A stretch of DNA of 64,000 nt. It comes from Podarcis filfolensis. Lineage: Eukaryota. How positions within the stretch are numbered: the stretch's first letter is position 1; every line of letters begins with the position of its first letter. The notes below the pieces were generated by a model. It was not told the origin of the DNA, searched no databases, and saw nothing but the letters and a program-made list of their open reading frames with translations. Positions 37,601 through 48,900 of this stretch are shown piece by piece. The stretch lies in NCBI GenBank assembly GCA_964270895.1, contig OZ185439.1, one strand, 5' to 3'. Position numbers and translations under genes: made by a program.

Positions 37601-39698
37601 TTCCCCAAGCAAAACAAAACATGAATGGCAAGGACTTTAGATAAATTCAGTATGCATGCAGTATTTGTACGTGAACACATTTTTCACCATTGTTAAGATG
37701 GTTGTCTTTTATCATCTTTGCAAGAGTATCAATTCTCATGGAGGTCAAGCCAAATGCTAAGGTTTATCCTTTCCTCCACCACGGAATATAATTACCAGAC
37801 TGGTCTCTCCGCTGATACCAGATGCCCCTATGGCCAGAAGCAACTGAGGTTCAAATAGGGCAGAGACCCCTTCTAGTCAACATAATGCTATATACCATGG
37901 CAACCTACATTCCTAATCCAACAAATGGGTTTTTAAAAATTAGATGCTTTTTTTTTTTTGCCGAACAGGCTATTAACAGGAAGAGAATGTTAAGACTTAC
38001 CCTTTCAGAGAAAGCTTGGAGAGATGTAAATTCAAATGCTAAAACTGGGATCAAAGTTGCTTCAAGCCCGTGCAAACCCAGTTCCTATGAATGAAAGGAC
38101 ATACAATTTTGGGATAAGATAAGGATTGACACATTAAAATTATTCTTAACATTTAAATCAGCAAGGTAACTTAGGCTGGGAGTAAATGTCACGGAAAACA
38201 ATTAGATTTACTTCTGAGTAGACATGTATGGGATTGTACTGTTGTTTAGTGGTAACAGCATAACTTAGAACAAATCATGATTAGGTAAAAAAGCAAACTT
38301 GCGTTTTTATTTAAAAGCCAGCTGCATTGGACCAAATGCCTTAAGTTACTGAAAAAATGCCCCTGCGTGCATGTTCATAATTACAAGGCTTATGCTAGAG
38401 GACATGCAACAGCTGCCCTACGGTGTAAAACAGTTGTCCTTCAAAACAGGCCTACATTTGGTTATATGTAGACTAAATAGCTTTGCTGTCCTTGAAATCA
38501 TGCAGCCCACTTTAAGAATAATTATGGAACTTCATATCTGCATGATTCCCTTATGCACTACGCGCACTGGTCTGTGTGTAACAGATAAAACACCAGATTA
38601 TTGTTGCATGTTTCCTAGCGACTAGAAGTGGTATTTTAATGTACTCTTCATACAAGTGAAATGAAAACCCAAATCAATCAATCAACCAACCACACAGCTG
38701 TTGGCTTGGTTTACACCTAATGCTAAACCATGGTTTAGAATTATGAGGAGCAGCTGCAGCAAGACTTGAGCTTGCACATGCCTTCGTTCCCCTTCCCTGA
38801 CATGGCTGTAAGCTTCAACAATACATTCAACATTACATTCAGCTATCAGAAATGTGTTTTTCCTTGTGAACAATCTTGCTTCAGAAGATGCAGGCATTTT
38901 TAGCCAGGCCACTTCACATCTTAAGGTATTGTGGGGGTATATGGGAGACAGCTATATTTTACACCAACATACGCTTCCTTAGAATCCAAACTATATGTTA
39001 ACTACCGAAGTTGCATAGATCAGTTCGAAACAATGCTGTACATCATCTATTTTCAGGAAACAATTCCTACCAGACAGAGAAACATGACCAGTTTTTCCCC
39101 CTGTAGCAGAGAAGCTGGAATATATGAAATCTGAGAATATAGTACACTTGAAGGGTGTATTATTAACCTTCTGGGTTACTAACTTTAAGCATTCCCCTCC
39201 AGCCTACAGCTAGCTTAAACTGCAAACGACTCTTTCCAGAGACGTAGCGGGAAGAGAGGACATCTATCTGGCATGCTGCCCAACCCGGCAATAGCTACCG
39301 TATTTTTCGCTCTATAACACGCGCCCGACCATAACACGCACGTAGTTTTTAGAGGAGGAAAATCCGTAGGCATGCCACCCGTAGGCATTCCCTCCATAAC
39401 ACGCACAGACATTTCCCCTTACTTTCTAGGAGGAAAAAAGTGAGTGTTATGGTGCAAAAAATACGGTATACTTTTTATGACAATGCAGTTGTACCCTATT
39501 TATGATCTGTGGACCAGTGGTTGTCTGTGGCTATCTGAACAGGTCCATTAACCTAAAATGCAGAACTCAGTGTTAAGTTGAATGACAATTCAGATACAAA
39601 TATCTAAATTTAATCTCTTTCAAAAGGTTACTTACTTTTATATATGGATCTGGTCCGTTTTCACTTTCTTTAGGCTCTTTCAGCAACAGAACTTTCAT
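25561..39698 (-). CDS. UROS: UROS, uroporphyrinogen-III synthase, complete CDS, 9 coding exons, 262 aa
   Basis: Exons 39636-39698, 38001-38084, 35027-35123, 34152-34226, 32113-32187, 29648-29731, 28569-28654, 26915-27013, 25561-25686 total 789 nt, all GT-AG with consistent phases. Peptides [53 protein letters not shown] match recalled UROS. Confidence 0.97.
26915..27013 (-). CDS. UROS: UROS exon [33 protein letters not shown]
   Basis: 99 nt, cag / gtacaa. Confidence 0.95.
27939..28063 (-). mobile_element. 5'-truncated Sauria SINE
   Basis: Reverse complement of the 3' third of the 51778 copy, flanked by a 12-bp direct repeat tttattttagta at 27927-27938 and 28064-28075. Confidence 0.88.
28569..28654 (-). 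CDS. UROS: UROS exon (G)[28 protein letters not shown]
   Basis: 86 nt, cag / gtatct. Confidence 0.95.
28948..29191 (+). mobile_element. tRNA-derived SINE (squamate MIR/Squam2-like; family name uncertain)
   Basis: A-box-like ggtgtagtggttag, core-like gtgaccttgggctagtcacac, (ctt)n-type tail. Confidence 0.7.
29648..29731 (-). CDS. UROS: UROS exon (R)[27 protein letters not shown]
   Basis: 84 nt, cag / gtttga. Confidence 0.93.
30684..30881. mobile_element. Degenerate Tc1/mariner MITE
   Basis: TA-CAGTCGTACCTCGG left end; only GACTG-TA remains on the right. Confidence 0.55.
32113..32187 (-). CDS. UROS: UROS exon (V)[24 protein letters not shown]
   Basis: 75 nt, cag / gtaagc. Confidence 0.95.
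34152..34226 (-). CDS. UROS: UROS exon (V)[24 protein letters not shown]
   Basis: 75 nt, cag / gtaagc. Confidence 0.95.
35027..35123 (-). CDS. UROS: UROS exon [32 protein letters not shown]
   Basis: 97 nt, tag / gtaagt. Confidence 0.95.
36079..36216. mobile_element. Degenerate hAT-type MITE similar to the 19470 element
   Basis: cagggatcaccaac ... gttggctacacctt ends; shares the gttgctgga ... caacatct internal motifs. Confidence 0.55.
38001..38084 (-). CDS. UROS: UROS exon [28 protein letters not shown]
   Basis: 84 nt, tag / gtaagt. Confidence 0.95.
39298..39466. mobile_element. Short Tigger/pogo-like MITE related to family C
   Basis: CCGTATTTTT... inverted ends with TA flanks. Confidence 0.82.
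39636..39698 (-). CDS. UROS: UROS first coding exon [21 protein letters not shown]
   Basis: Acceptor ttctccag 6 nt before the ATG (exon begins at 39704); donor gtaagt. Confidence 0.95.
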
Positions 39699-39889
39699 TG
39701 TTTACTGGAGAATACAAAAACACAACACAAAATCGTATCTAAATTGGATCTAGAGGATTCTTCTCTGTACAACGTCTGCATTAGTTGAATATCACAGGAA
39801 ACAGGACAATTAACAACTGCACTGAAGGGCCGTTGGTTGCACAGTGAGTAAGCAGCTAATGTGCATTCTCTGGGCATGAACATCTACCC

Positions 39890-39952
39890 TGATAAGGCGA
39901 ACAAAATGCGTGTTGCTTTCAAATGATATGGCAAGGAAAGTAAGAGTGATAA
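39890..39952 (-). promoter_or_regulatory. Candidate erythroid alternative promoter of UROS (two WGATAR sites)
   Basis: TGATAA at 39890-39895 and 39947-39952, about 195 and 250 nt upstream of the UROS ATG. Confidence 0.5.
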
Positions 39953-40562
39953 GAAAGAAAAGGCATTCATTTTGCTTTTAACTCTACTACATACTAGTGC
40001 TAAAATGACAAACCTTCTTAAAAGTCTGCCAGACCAGTAGGCCTGCAAAAATCCGTGTAATTGTTGAGAGAATTATTTTCCAGTACAGATATCATTTAAA
40101 ATATTTGCACATGCACTACCTAGAAAGGTCACCTTGAATTATTTTGTTGCCCTGCACAAAACAGGTAAGGCTGCACCTGCCATGATTTCCGACTACATTC
40201 CTGTTTAAATATCAGCCTATAAATAAGTTACCCCCCTCCCCACAATGCATTGCAGAATTTCCAAATCTGCAGAGGTCCAGCAAGGGACACCACTCTTTTG
40301 CTTTAAATGTATTCTGAAGAGAGAGGGAAAGAACCGGCCAAATCCATATCCAATGAAGGTTCTCACACATTTTCTTCACAAATGTAATCGTGGCACAGGC
40401 TGCAAACCACCAGGCGCACTAGCTCAGGTTCAAACTCCACAAGCAATGTATCCAGGTGTGCCAATTTTATTTATACAGGTCACCGACCCAATTCAAACTG
40501 CACGCAGAATTTACACTGGAGATTGCATGCTTAATAGTATCCACATATAAAAACCTCTTGTA

Positions 40563-40793
40563 CAGTGGTACCTTGGGTTACATACGCTTCAGGTTACAGA
40601 CTCTTCAGGTTACAGACTCCGCTAACCCGGAAATATTACCTCGGGTTAAGAACTTTGCTTCAGGATGAGAACAGAAATCATGCAGCGGCAGCGGGAGGCC
40701 CCATTAGCTAAAGTGGTGCTTCAGGTTAAGAACAGTTTCAGGTTAAGAACAGACCTCCGGAATGAATTAAGTTCTTAACCCGAGGTACCACTG
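40563..40793 (-). mobile_element. Family B MITE copy 2 (opposite orientation)
   Basis: Same TIRs and TA flanks; interior is the reverse complement of copy 1. Confidence 0.92.
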
Positions 40794-42135
40794 TACATGG
40801 AAAGCTTAGACACATCAGGACAAAGTAAGTTGAGGCTACAGACTTCTCTTTGACATATGACCTTTCAGTAAGATGATTTTTACATGCATGCATTTTTAAA
40901 CCAGCAACCCCTCTGTATTCTGAGGTAGTACACCAAGGGAACAACCCTAAGGCTAGAACTGCTGGAATGTGCAGGGTTAGGATCCAGCAGATCTCCAGCT
41001 GAGCTGGGAGGTTCTTGGCTCAGCTGGGCTATGCCTGCATAAGTCCCCAACTCCAGCTCAGCCAAAGATACACTGCGCGAAGTCCTTCATCCCAGCTCAG
41101 CAGTTACCCAGCTGGTTGAGCCCAGTGGAATTTCAGCTTGTGTAAACCCAGAGGGGTGGAACTTAGGCTGGATCCTAAGCCCAGCACGGTCACATGACTT
41201 GGGAACACTGAATAAGTTAAGCTGACAAAAAGATGATGTAACTCAAGCTCTTGTTTTTCCCTCTGCCAGGCTTTGGTCAAGCCCAGCCAGAGTAGCCCCA
41301 CACCTGATCAGAGTTTGGATCTGGTACTACGCCAGCGTAACTAAAACTGGCTTCTCATTCTTAGGACTGCTTCCTAGCACAGCTGTGTCTGCTCGTTTGA
41401 ATTGGTTGCCAGAGCATCTAGGTGCAACTGCATTAAAGGGTCACAAATAGGCCAAGCTCCATCACTAGGCTAACTGTGGAATACATGTGAACGTTGCATT
41501 ATATTTAAGATAATCGGTAGGAACTAAACCCTACATAAAGTCAATCAATTGTGAGGCAAAGTGGTCCATTAAATTGTACTCAAGTCTCTCTCCATCGTAT
41601 ATCTTACTTCACCACTGGGAAACAAAAATAAGTATCAGTGCAAGTTTTCCAAATATTTTGTAAATCAGCATTTCAGGTATTTATCATTTCAGAAGCTAAA
41701 TATATTTTAAAATAGACAAATTAAATGGAAACATCCCATGAGCTCAGAGATAAATTAATTCAAACCATAACCTAAATGTTATTTTCACACTGATCCCAGA
41801 GAGTGCAATGCATAGAAGACAGCTGATAAAAGGATGCATGCTTTTGAGTTTGAAGAGGGATCTTTGCCAGGATAAAAGAACAAAGGCATTCTGAGAACAA
41901 ATATTAAGCTGCAACATAAATCATTTCTTGAAGAACAAAACACCCAGCTTTGAAACCTGTAAATATGCTGGTTGTTGACCAAAGTCAGCCAGTTTAATGG
42001 GACTCTGAAAACAACTTCCGGATTTAAAACCAAAACTCTATTCAAATCCACAGGCAAGGCTGGAAAAATCCCCTAAAAATGTAATGTGGGTGCCCATTTT
42101 CAGGGGACACAACTCAGGGGCAGAATGGATATATA

Positions 42136-42349
42136 CAGTGGTACCTCGGGTTAAGAACTTAATTCGTTCTGGAGGTCTGTTCTTAACCTGAAACTGTTCT
42201 TAACCTGAGGAACCCCTTAGCTAATGGGGCCTCCCGCTGCCGCCGCACAATTTCTGTTCTCATCCTGAAGCAAAGTTCTTAACCTGAGGTACTATTTCTG
42301 GGTTAGCAGAGTCTGTAACCTGAAGCGTCTGTAACCTGAGGTACCACTG
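42136..42349 (+). mobile_element. Family B MITE copy 3
   Basis: Same TIRs and TA flanks. Confidence 0.92.
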
Positions 42350-43947
42350 TACCGGGTTTCCAGCACAGAGGCAGATTTCAGGAAGCGCAAATGGTTCACC
42401 CACATTGAACGCAGAGCCAAGAAGGCGTCACAGGGGGCACCAGAACAATGGCGAACAACAGAAGGTGAGAGGCAGGGGAGGGGTGCCAAATTTTGGCATC
42501 ACACAGGGCACTGCTGAAATTTGGAAGCCCAAAGTCCACCACTGCCCAACATCTCAAAAGGCCTTGGGGCCAAAGGCTGGGAAACACATTGGTCCAAGAA
42601 ATTAAGAGAGCTGCTACCAGTTAGAATAGGCAAGACTAAGGCTAGATAAATTGTTAGTCAGACTCCATAGGACAGCTCAATACCAAATTTAATTATACAG
42701 CTCTGGTGCCTCATTACATAATGGTGATTCTCAGGAATCTATCCCCTATATTGTAGCTACATCTTAAAAATTTGGTGCGTGGTTTGCAAAATCTGATGTC
42801 AAATTAACTAAACATTCACTTCCTGGAAATCAATACGTACTTTTGTCAGTTTCAATATTTTGAAGGTATGCTTACTTATCCAATTCAGCCTTATGCTTAC
42901 TTTTTATACAGTACACCTGAGATGGCAGGCATGTAATGGAGAAGTACACTTTGACCCACATATTGCCCTTAGGGGCTACATCCGCAGGCAAGCATAACAT
43001 TCATTTTGGCCTCCAACCATCAACGAGAAGCTTCTGGAAATAGCTGGTTGTCTTTTCTTTTTAAATACAGACAGGCTTAATCGGAAAAAAACACCAATTA
43101 CAAGGTGACACAGACTGCATCAAATATAGTGATGACCTCATACGCCAAGGCTCTCCTGTAGGTGAGATAGTCCTGGAAATAGTTCGGACTCTACATCATT
43201 TGAACGCATTTTTTCTTAGCAATTGTGTATCAGAGTGACTAAGTTATCACTGCAAGTCTAGGCATTATGCCATCCCAACAGATGCGCATGAATATAGGCA
43301 CCCAGGAAAGAGAATGTGCATGCCCAATGAGCTAGCTCTCAGCCAAAATGGCTAAAAACAGCTGTCACTTGCTGAGTTTGTGTACCAAAGGCTACAGGAG
43401 TGCATCATCATCTTAAACTCTCTCGCCGCCGCTCCCCCCGCCGCCCAATTACAGCAATATCTTCTTTTTCAGTCAATTGAGAATTATATAAGGAGATCCT
43501 GCTGGATCAGACAAAAGGCAGACAACCAAATCCCTATGTGAAGCCCACAAGAAAGACCTCATTGAAACAGCATTGTCCTCTCTTGCACCTTCCAGCAACT
43601 GGCATTCAGAAGCATACGGCTTCCAGCAGTGGAGGAAGGACACAACTCTCAAGGTTAGTTGTCACTGATAGCCTTCTCCATGTTTTTGTGTTTAATACTG
43701 TCTTAAATCCATCCACATTTCAAGCACTTGTAAATGAAAATTTATTTTGCATTGTTGCATCCATCATTGATCTCTTTTTTTTAATACTGTGTATCCTGTT
43801 TTATATAAGGTTTCAAATTCCAGAGAAGCTATAAAAATACACCCCCAGTTTTGAAAACTTTCTCAGTGTTATTTTGACACAAACACTTCAAAATCAAGGA
43901 AGGATTCTCCACACACGTGCCAAAATATAACCTTTCTTGCAAAAAAA

Positions 43948-43982
43948 ACTACTACTACTACTACTACTAATAATAATAATAA
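43948..43982 (+). repeat. Compound (ACT)7 + (AAT)n microsatellite
   Basis: Read directly. Confidence 0.9.
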
Positions 43983-45169
43983 CGGTAGTATTGTTGGTCA
44001 ACATCCTATGCACAATCTCAGGAACAGGACTTTATGTTGCTTTTGGCAAAGCTCCACTACAAAATATGAGTGTTAAATCAAAGGCTCGTGTAACTGCAGA
44101 GCATAGGATAATTGGCACAAACACATCTTTAGGCAGGCTTGCGAAAAACTCCTCTCTGAAATGCTGGAGAGCGGCTGTCTGTCAATCTTCCTCTGCGCCA
44201 CCATTGGCTAAGGTCATGATACACACTAGTATGTACATATGCAAGTACATACTATACAGTATTCCGATGCTAGTTGACCACTGGAAGCCAAAACTCTGCA
44301 TCAATTTACGTACACAGCAGTTTCATCCATTATCTACCATCAGTAAATTCTACAGTGGGGTTGGCTAGCCTTTTCTGGCCAGGGACCACATGCCAGCAAT
44401 GAATGTGGCAAAAGCAACAAGCCACTGACAAAATAAATTGCACATGGAAGACTAAAAACATTGGAAGACAAGTTTAAAAATCTCTTTCAAATGGGTACAT
44501 GAACTTCAGCTTTCTTATTTATTTATTGAGGAAAGCAAAGGGCACAGTGCTGTCATTTCTAAACTGCCTTATGTGTACAGCTGTCAACCAAACAGAAGGG
44601 AGATATCTGGACCTTGGAAGTCCTGCTTAGAAAGAACAGTTATTAACATTCTTGCAAGTTACCGTAGCTGAATACTGCTCAGCAGCCAAGCCCCATGGAG
44701 CAGTATTTCCACCATGAGTGCATGCGCAAGGACCCTGAATGGCTGTGGCTAGCATCTTATGTCTGCATCTGGGACTTTTAAGCATGTAAAGCAGCATAGT
44801 ATGCGGCAATTTTTATTTCAGAAATAAAACTGTGGTACAGCAGAGCAAGGACATAGTACCTTCAGTTACTGCACAGCAGGGCCGATGAAGTTCTTTCCTG
44901 GGGCACTATTTGCCATTTGTCTACATGCCAAACAAATAAGCCTCTCTCAAAGAGAAATAAGCTAAGCAGAGGAATAGGTAGGTTACATTAGCATGCATGG
45001 CCAAGCTGCCACTTTTATTTCGAAAAATTCCTAAGTCCTTTTGTTATGACCAACCAAAATGTCACAAAATAGAGAGCAAGCTTTCAAGTTCACCAGAACT
45101 CTTCATCAGGCTGGATGTTAAGCAAAGTGCTGGAGGCGGGGCAAGCAGAGAATATGTATGTTAGAAATA

Positions 45170-45217
<48 letters not shown>
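45170..45217 (+). repeat. (AAT)16 microsatellite at the edge of the CpG island
   Basis: Read directly. Confidence 0.95.
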
Positions 45218-45219
<2 letters not shown>

Positions 45220-45641
45220 AAAGCTCGCTTGTAACCAAAAGCATATCTTCCTTGATCAAAACATCGTGTTATCGTATAAGCCAAACGGATTGCGGACTGA
45301 AGTTGCTCCCTGACTATTAATCAACAGGAAAGAGGGGGAAGCACTCTGCACATGGCCAGAAGCTCTCGTTTCAGTTACATATTTACCCCAGCGCTCAGCC
45401 CTGGCACTGGGAGCAATGCGTTTCTTCTTCCCAGGCAGGGCTTGTCCCCTGAAACTGCTGCCTTGGTGCCTAAACCTCCACCGCTGGCGACCCCCGACGT
45501 CCCCAGGGGAACTCCTTTTCCGAGGAAGGGGCGGAGGGCTAACCTTGTTCACGACCCTCGCAGCCCCAGATTTCCCGCCTTCCCCGCAGGCCACTCCAGG
45601 CGGCACCGGGGCCCCCCGCCCACCTACGCGCCCGCGCTCAC

Positions 45642-45720
45642 CAGCGCCAAGAGCGCGGCCTTCCTTCCCGGCTTCCGTGGCCGCGCGGCCTTCCTTCCCG
45701 GCTCGCGGGCGCAGGCGCAC
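45642..45720 (-). other. UROS: Probable non-coding exon 1 of UROS (housekeeping transcript); 5' boundary unknown
   Basis: Strong minus-strand donor CTG|gtgagc at 45641-45636 inside the CpG island. Human UROS has a non-coding exon 1 head-to-head with BCCIP. Weaker alternative donors lie at 45543 and 45386. Confidence 0.55.
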
Positions 45721-45746
45721 AAAGGAGGGGAGGAGAGCTCGGCAGC

Positions 45747-45905
45747 ATGGCCTCTCGGGCTAAGCGGAGGCGAGCGGTAGGGCCGCCCGAGTGCCGGGAG
45801 GAGGAAGGCGGCGGCGGCGGCGACACGGAGGACGACTCCTCGGAGGAGTCGGGCAGCGACGAAGACAGTGATGATGACGACGAGGAGGAGGAAGAGCTTA
45901 ACCAG
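45747..45905 (+). CDS. BCCIP: BCCIP exon 1 MASRAKRRRAVG...EEELNQ
   Basis: ATG in GCAGCATGG context; donor gtaaaa. Confidence 0.93.
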
Positions 45906-48900
45906 GTAAAAGAGCGGCCGGGGTTCGTTCCTCTCCCGTCGCCGTGGCTTTGGGAGTAGCTTCTGCCGCCGCGAAGGCCCCTCTGCGCCTCAGGGTCGCC
46001 GGTTGGGACCCATGGCGTCGGCAGTGTTTCTTGCGCGCTTCTCTTGCAACGGTCCCCACCTCCAGGAGTGGGGGTGGGCGTGGGGGGAGACGACCACCGG
46101 CGACCCTCCGACCTGTCTGTGGGGCTCTTTATATCCGCCACCTGCCTCATCCGTCGAGGGGGCTGGAAACCAAAGGTTCCTCGTCCCTGTTGTAGAGGCA
46201 AGGGGGGCTGCATGGGAGGGCAGGGCTCAGTGCTGTATTTTTTTAAGGGCCAGGGCTCATCCTAAGACCGTATGAAGTAACTTCAGAGAGAGAGAGTGAT
46301 TGATTGATTGCGGTTCTCCGAGTACAGTGGTACCTCAGGTTAAGTACTTAATTCGTTCCGGAGGTCCGTTCGTAACCTGAAACTGTTCTTAACCTGAAGC
46401 ACCACTTTAGCTAATGGGGCCTCTTGCTTTCACCGCGCCACTGCGCGATTTCTGTTCTCATCCTGAAGCAAAGTTCTTAACCTGAAGCAATATTTCTGGG
46501 TTAGCGGAGTCTGTAACCCGAAGCGTATGTAATCTGAAGCATATGTAACCTGAGGTACCACTGTATGTGCTAGGTTACCAGCTGAAAGTGCAGGTCAGCT
46601 TTTGCAACTAAGAGTGCAAGAATAGGTTGGTGTTAAAGCAGCTTTTGTCCAGTTGACAGATGATGATGACGACGATTACTATTTTTTTTATACGCAGCTT
46701 TTTTCGTGGATGGGACTCCAGGCAGCCTCCAGATAAAAACAAGAACCACAAAAAGCATAGGAAAAAAGCAATGATATGCTATACGCCTGTATAAAATCTG
46801 TTTAAATAATTGCAATAAGAACAGCATGGCACCACCAGCCCCTTAATGAAAAGCAGTCAATTCTGAAAAGCCTGTTGGGACAAGAAACTTCTGATTGCTT
46901 TGGGCCAGCACAAAGTCTGAAGTAGGCATAGCAGGTCACTCTTGAGAGTAGTGCAACTAGCACACTGACACTGTTGTGCTCTTTCTTTCATGGGACAGCA
47001 GAAGTAGGGGGATCTGCTTCAGGGGCTGTCTTTGAGTGCCTGCCGGTAAGATTGGTTAGGATACCTTAAAAAACAGGCAGGATCTTCTCCATGGTGGCCC
47101 CAAAACTGGAACTCTGTTCCAGTTGACATATGCCTTGTCCCTTTATTACATACATTTAAGTTGGCCTTGAAAAATTTTTCAATGCTGCATTTAACCGGGT
47201 CCATAGATACCTGTATGTTCAGAGGAGCATGCTAAATGTAAATTACAGTGGTACCTCTAGCTATGAACTTAATTCGTTCCAGAGGTCCGTTCTTAACCTG
47301 AAACTGTTCTTAACTAGAGGCGTGCTTTTGCTAATGGGGCCTCTTGCTGCTGCTGCACCACTGGCACACAATTTCCGTTCTCATCCTGGGGCAAAGTTCT
47401 CAACTTGAGGTAACTCTTATAGGTTAGTGGAGTTTGTAACCTGAAGTGTTTGTAACCTGAGGAATTTGTAACTCGAGATACCACTGTATACACATTTCTA
47501 GGGTTACTTTGTGAGGATGTAGCCTTAAAATAAATGAGCCAGTTCGTTGCACAAGGAGAGGGGATGTTATTGATCATTGTCCACCCTCCCCACACCTCAT
47601 TTTGAGTAATGTAATAGATACTACAGATTGCCACTTGTACATGGTAAGCATCTGTATCAGGTAAATCTTTAGTACTTCTAAGATTGGATGCATCCAGTTT
47701 TCCCCGCCGCCCTCTTAACTTCTTTTGAGGTCAGTATTTCATTGCAAACACCTTGTGATTGTCTTTTGTGTTTATTTACAGGAAGTAAATATTGAATTTG
47801 AAGCTCATTCAATATCTGATAATGATAAGAATGGAATGAAGAAATTACTGCAACAGGTATGTATGTTTCAGTTTGTGACATTTGTAGCTTTTTATGTGAA
47901 AATGGAATGAAGAGAAAGAACACAAATGCCATGAATAAATGATAATGCGAATTAGTATAACTGACTTGAGTTCATGAGTCCCTAAACTATTGCAGAACTC
48001 ACATAAGTTGTTCTGTTGCATTCTGAAGCATCTTCACACTCTAATCGTTTGCAGTATCCCAGTTTTGCAATATTTCAGGGTCAAACTGAACATTTATCTC
48101 AAAAGCATGTTTGAATTCCATGCTCAGGAATCCAACATCTTTATTTTGTAAACTAGCCGGGGGGGGGATGCTGAAGGAGGGGATTAACTCTTTTCTCCCA
48201 CACTGCTCTATTTGCCCGTGAAGCTGCTCTGCTTGTTTGTGAGCAGGTGGAAGTGGTTCAGATCAGGGACCCAGCTATTGCATTCTGTAAAGAAAAAGAC
48301 ATGGAGAATCCCAAGTGCAGGGTTCAAAAATGCCTTTAACATGCACTCCATTGTGTCTCAAGACAGACAGATGCTAACAAGTTTGAACCTCACTGTATAG
48401 CTGGAAACTTCATTTTTTCTGATTCCTAAATTGATTTCCACCCCCACCCACTTCAGAACTGAAGATCATGCCACAATTCTGATATAATAAATTCATATGA
48501 CAGCAGGGCTAGTCTTCTCTAACCTGGTGTCCTCTGGATGCTTTGGAATAAAGTTCTCATAATCTCTGATCGTTGGCCATTGTGGCTCAAGTTGACTGGC
48601 GTTGTAGCCTATAACGTGGAGAGCACAAGGTTAGTGAAGGCTGGTATAAAAAGTTACATTGTGGCACTGAAAATATATGAACGGGAAAAGAATATGAATA
48701 TGCTCACTGAGAAGGGGGGTTTACAACACAATCCTATATGACTGCTCAGAAGTAAGTCCCATTGATTCAAATGGTACTTATTCCCAGATAAGTGTGTGTA
48801 GGATTGGATGCCTAAATAGGGTGAACCTAAACGAATTGTACTAAAATAAATTTGTTTTGGTCCTAGAATGCTAGCCTAATGTTAGTTTTCATGGAAATTC

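Larger units (their letters stand above)
45230..46220. promoter_or_regulatory. CpG island / bidirectional UROS-BCCIP promoter
   Basis: Abrupt GC- and CpG-rich stretch in an AT-rich window, spanning BCCIP exon 1 and the putative UROS exon 1. NRF1-like GCGCAGGCGC at 45709-45718, plus ETS-like CTTCC repeats. Confidence 0.85.

Noticed and set aside
43120-43260. GTGATGA C-box-like motif suggesting a snoRNA
   Set aside because: On the strand opposite to the host intron (UROS is on -), with no convincing D box or terminal stem.
45068-45118. Possible Penelope-like fragment (gctttcaagttcaccagaactcttcatcagg) next to the (AAT)16 tract
   Set aside because: Too short to assign from memory without a library search.
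45256-46275. Long ORFs in the CpG island (154, 142, 115, 191 aa and others)
   Set aside because: Expected by-product of high GC content and the antisense of BCCIP exon 1's acidic codons; no recognisable domains.
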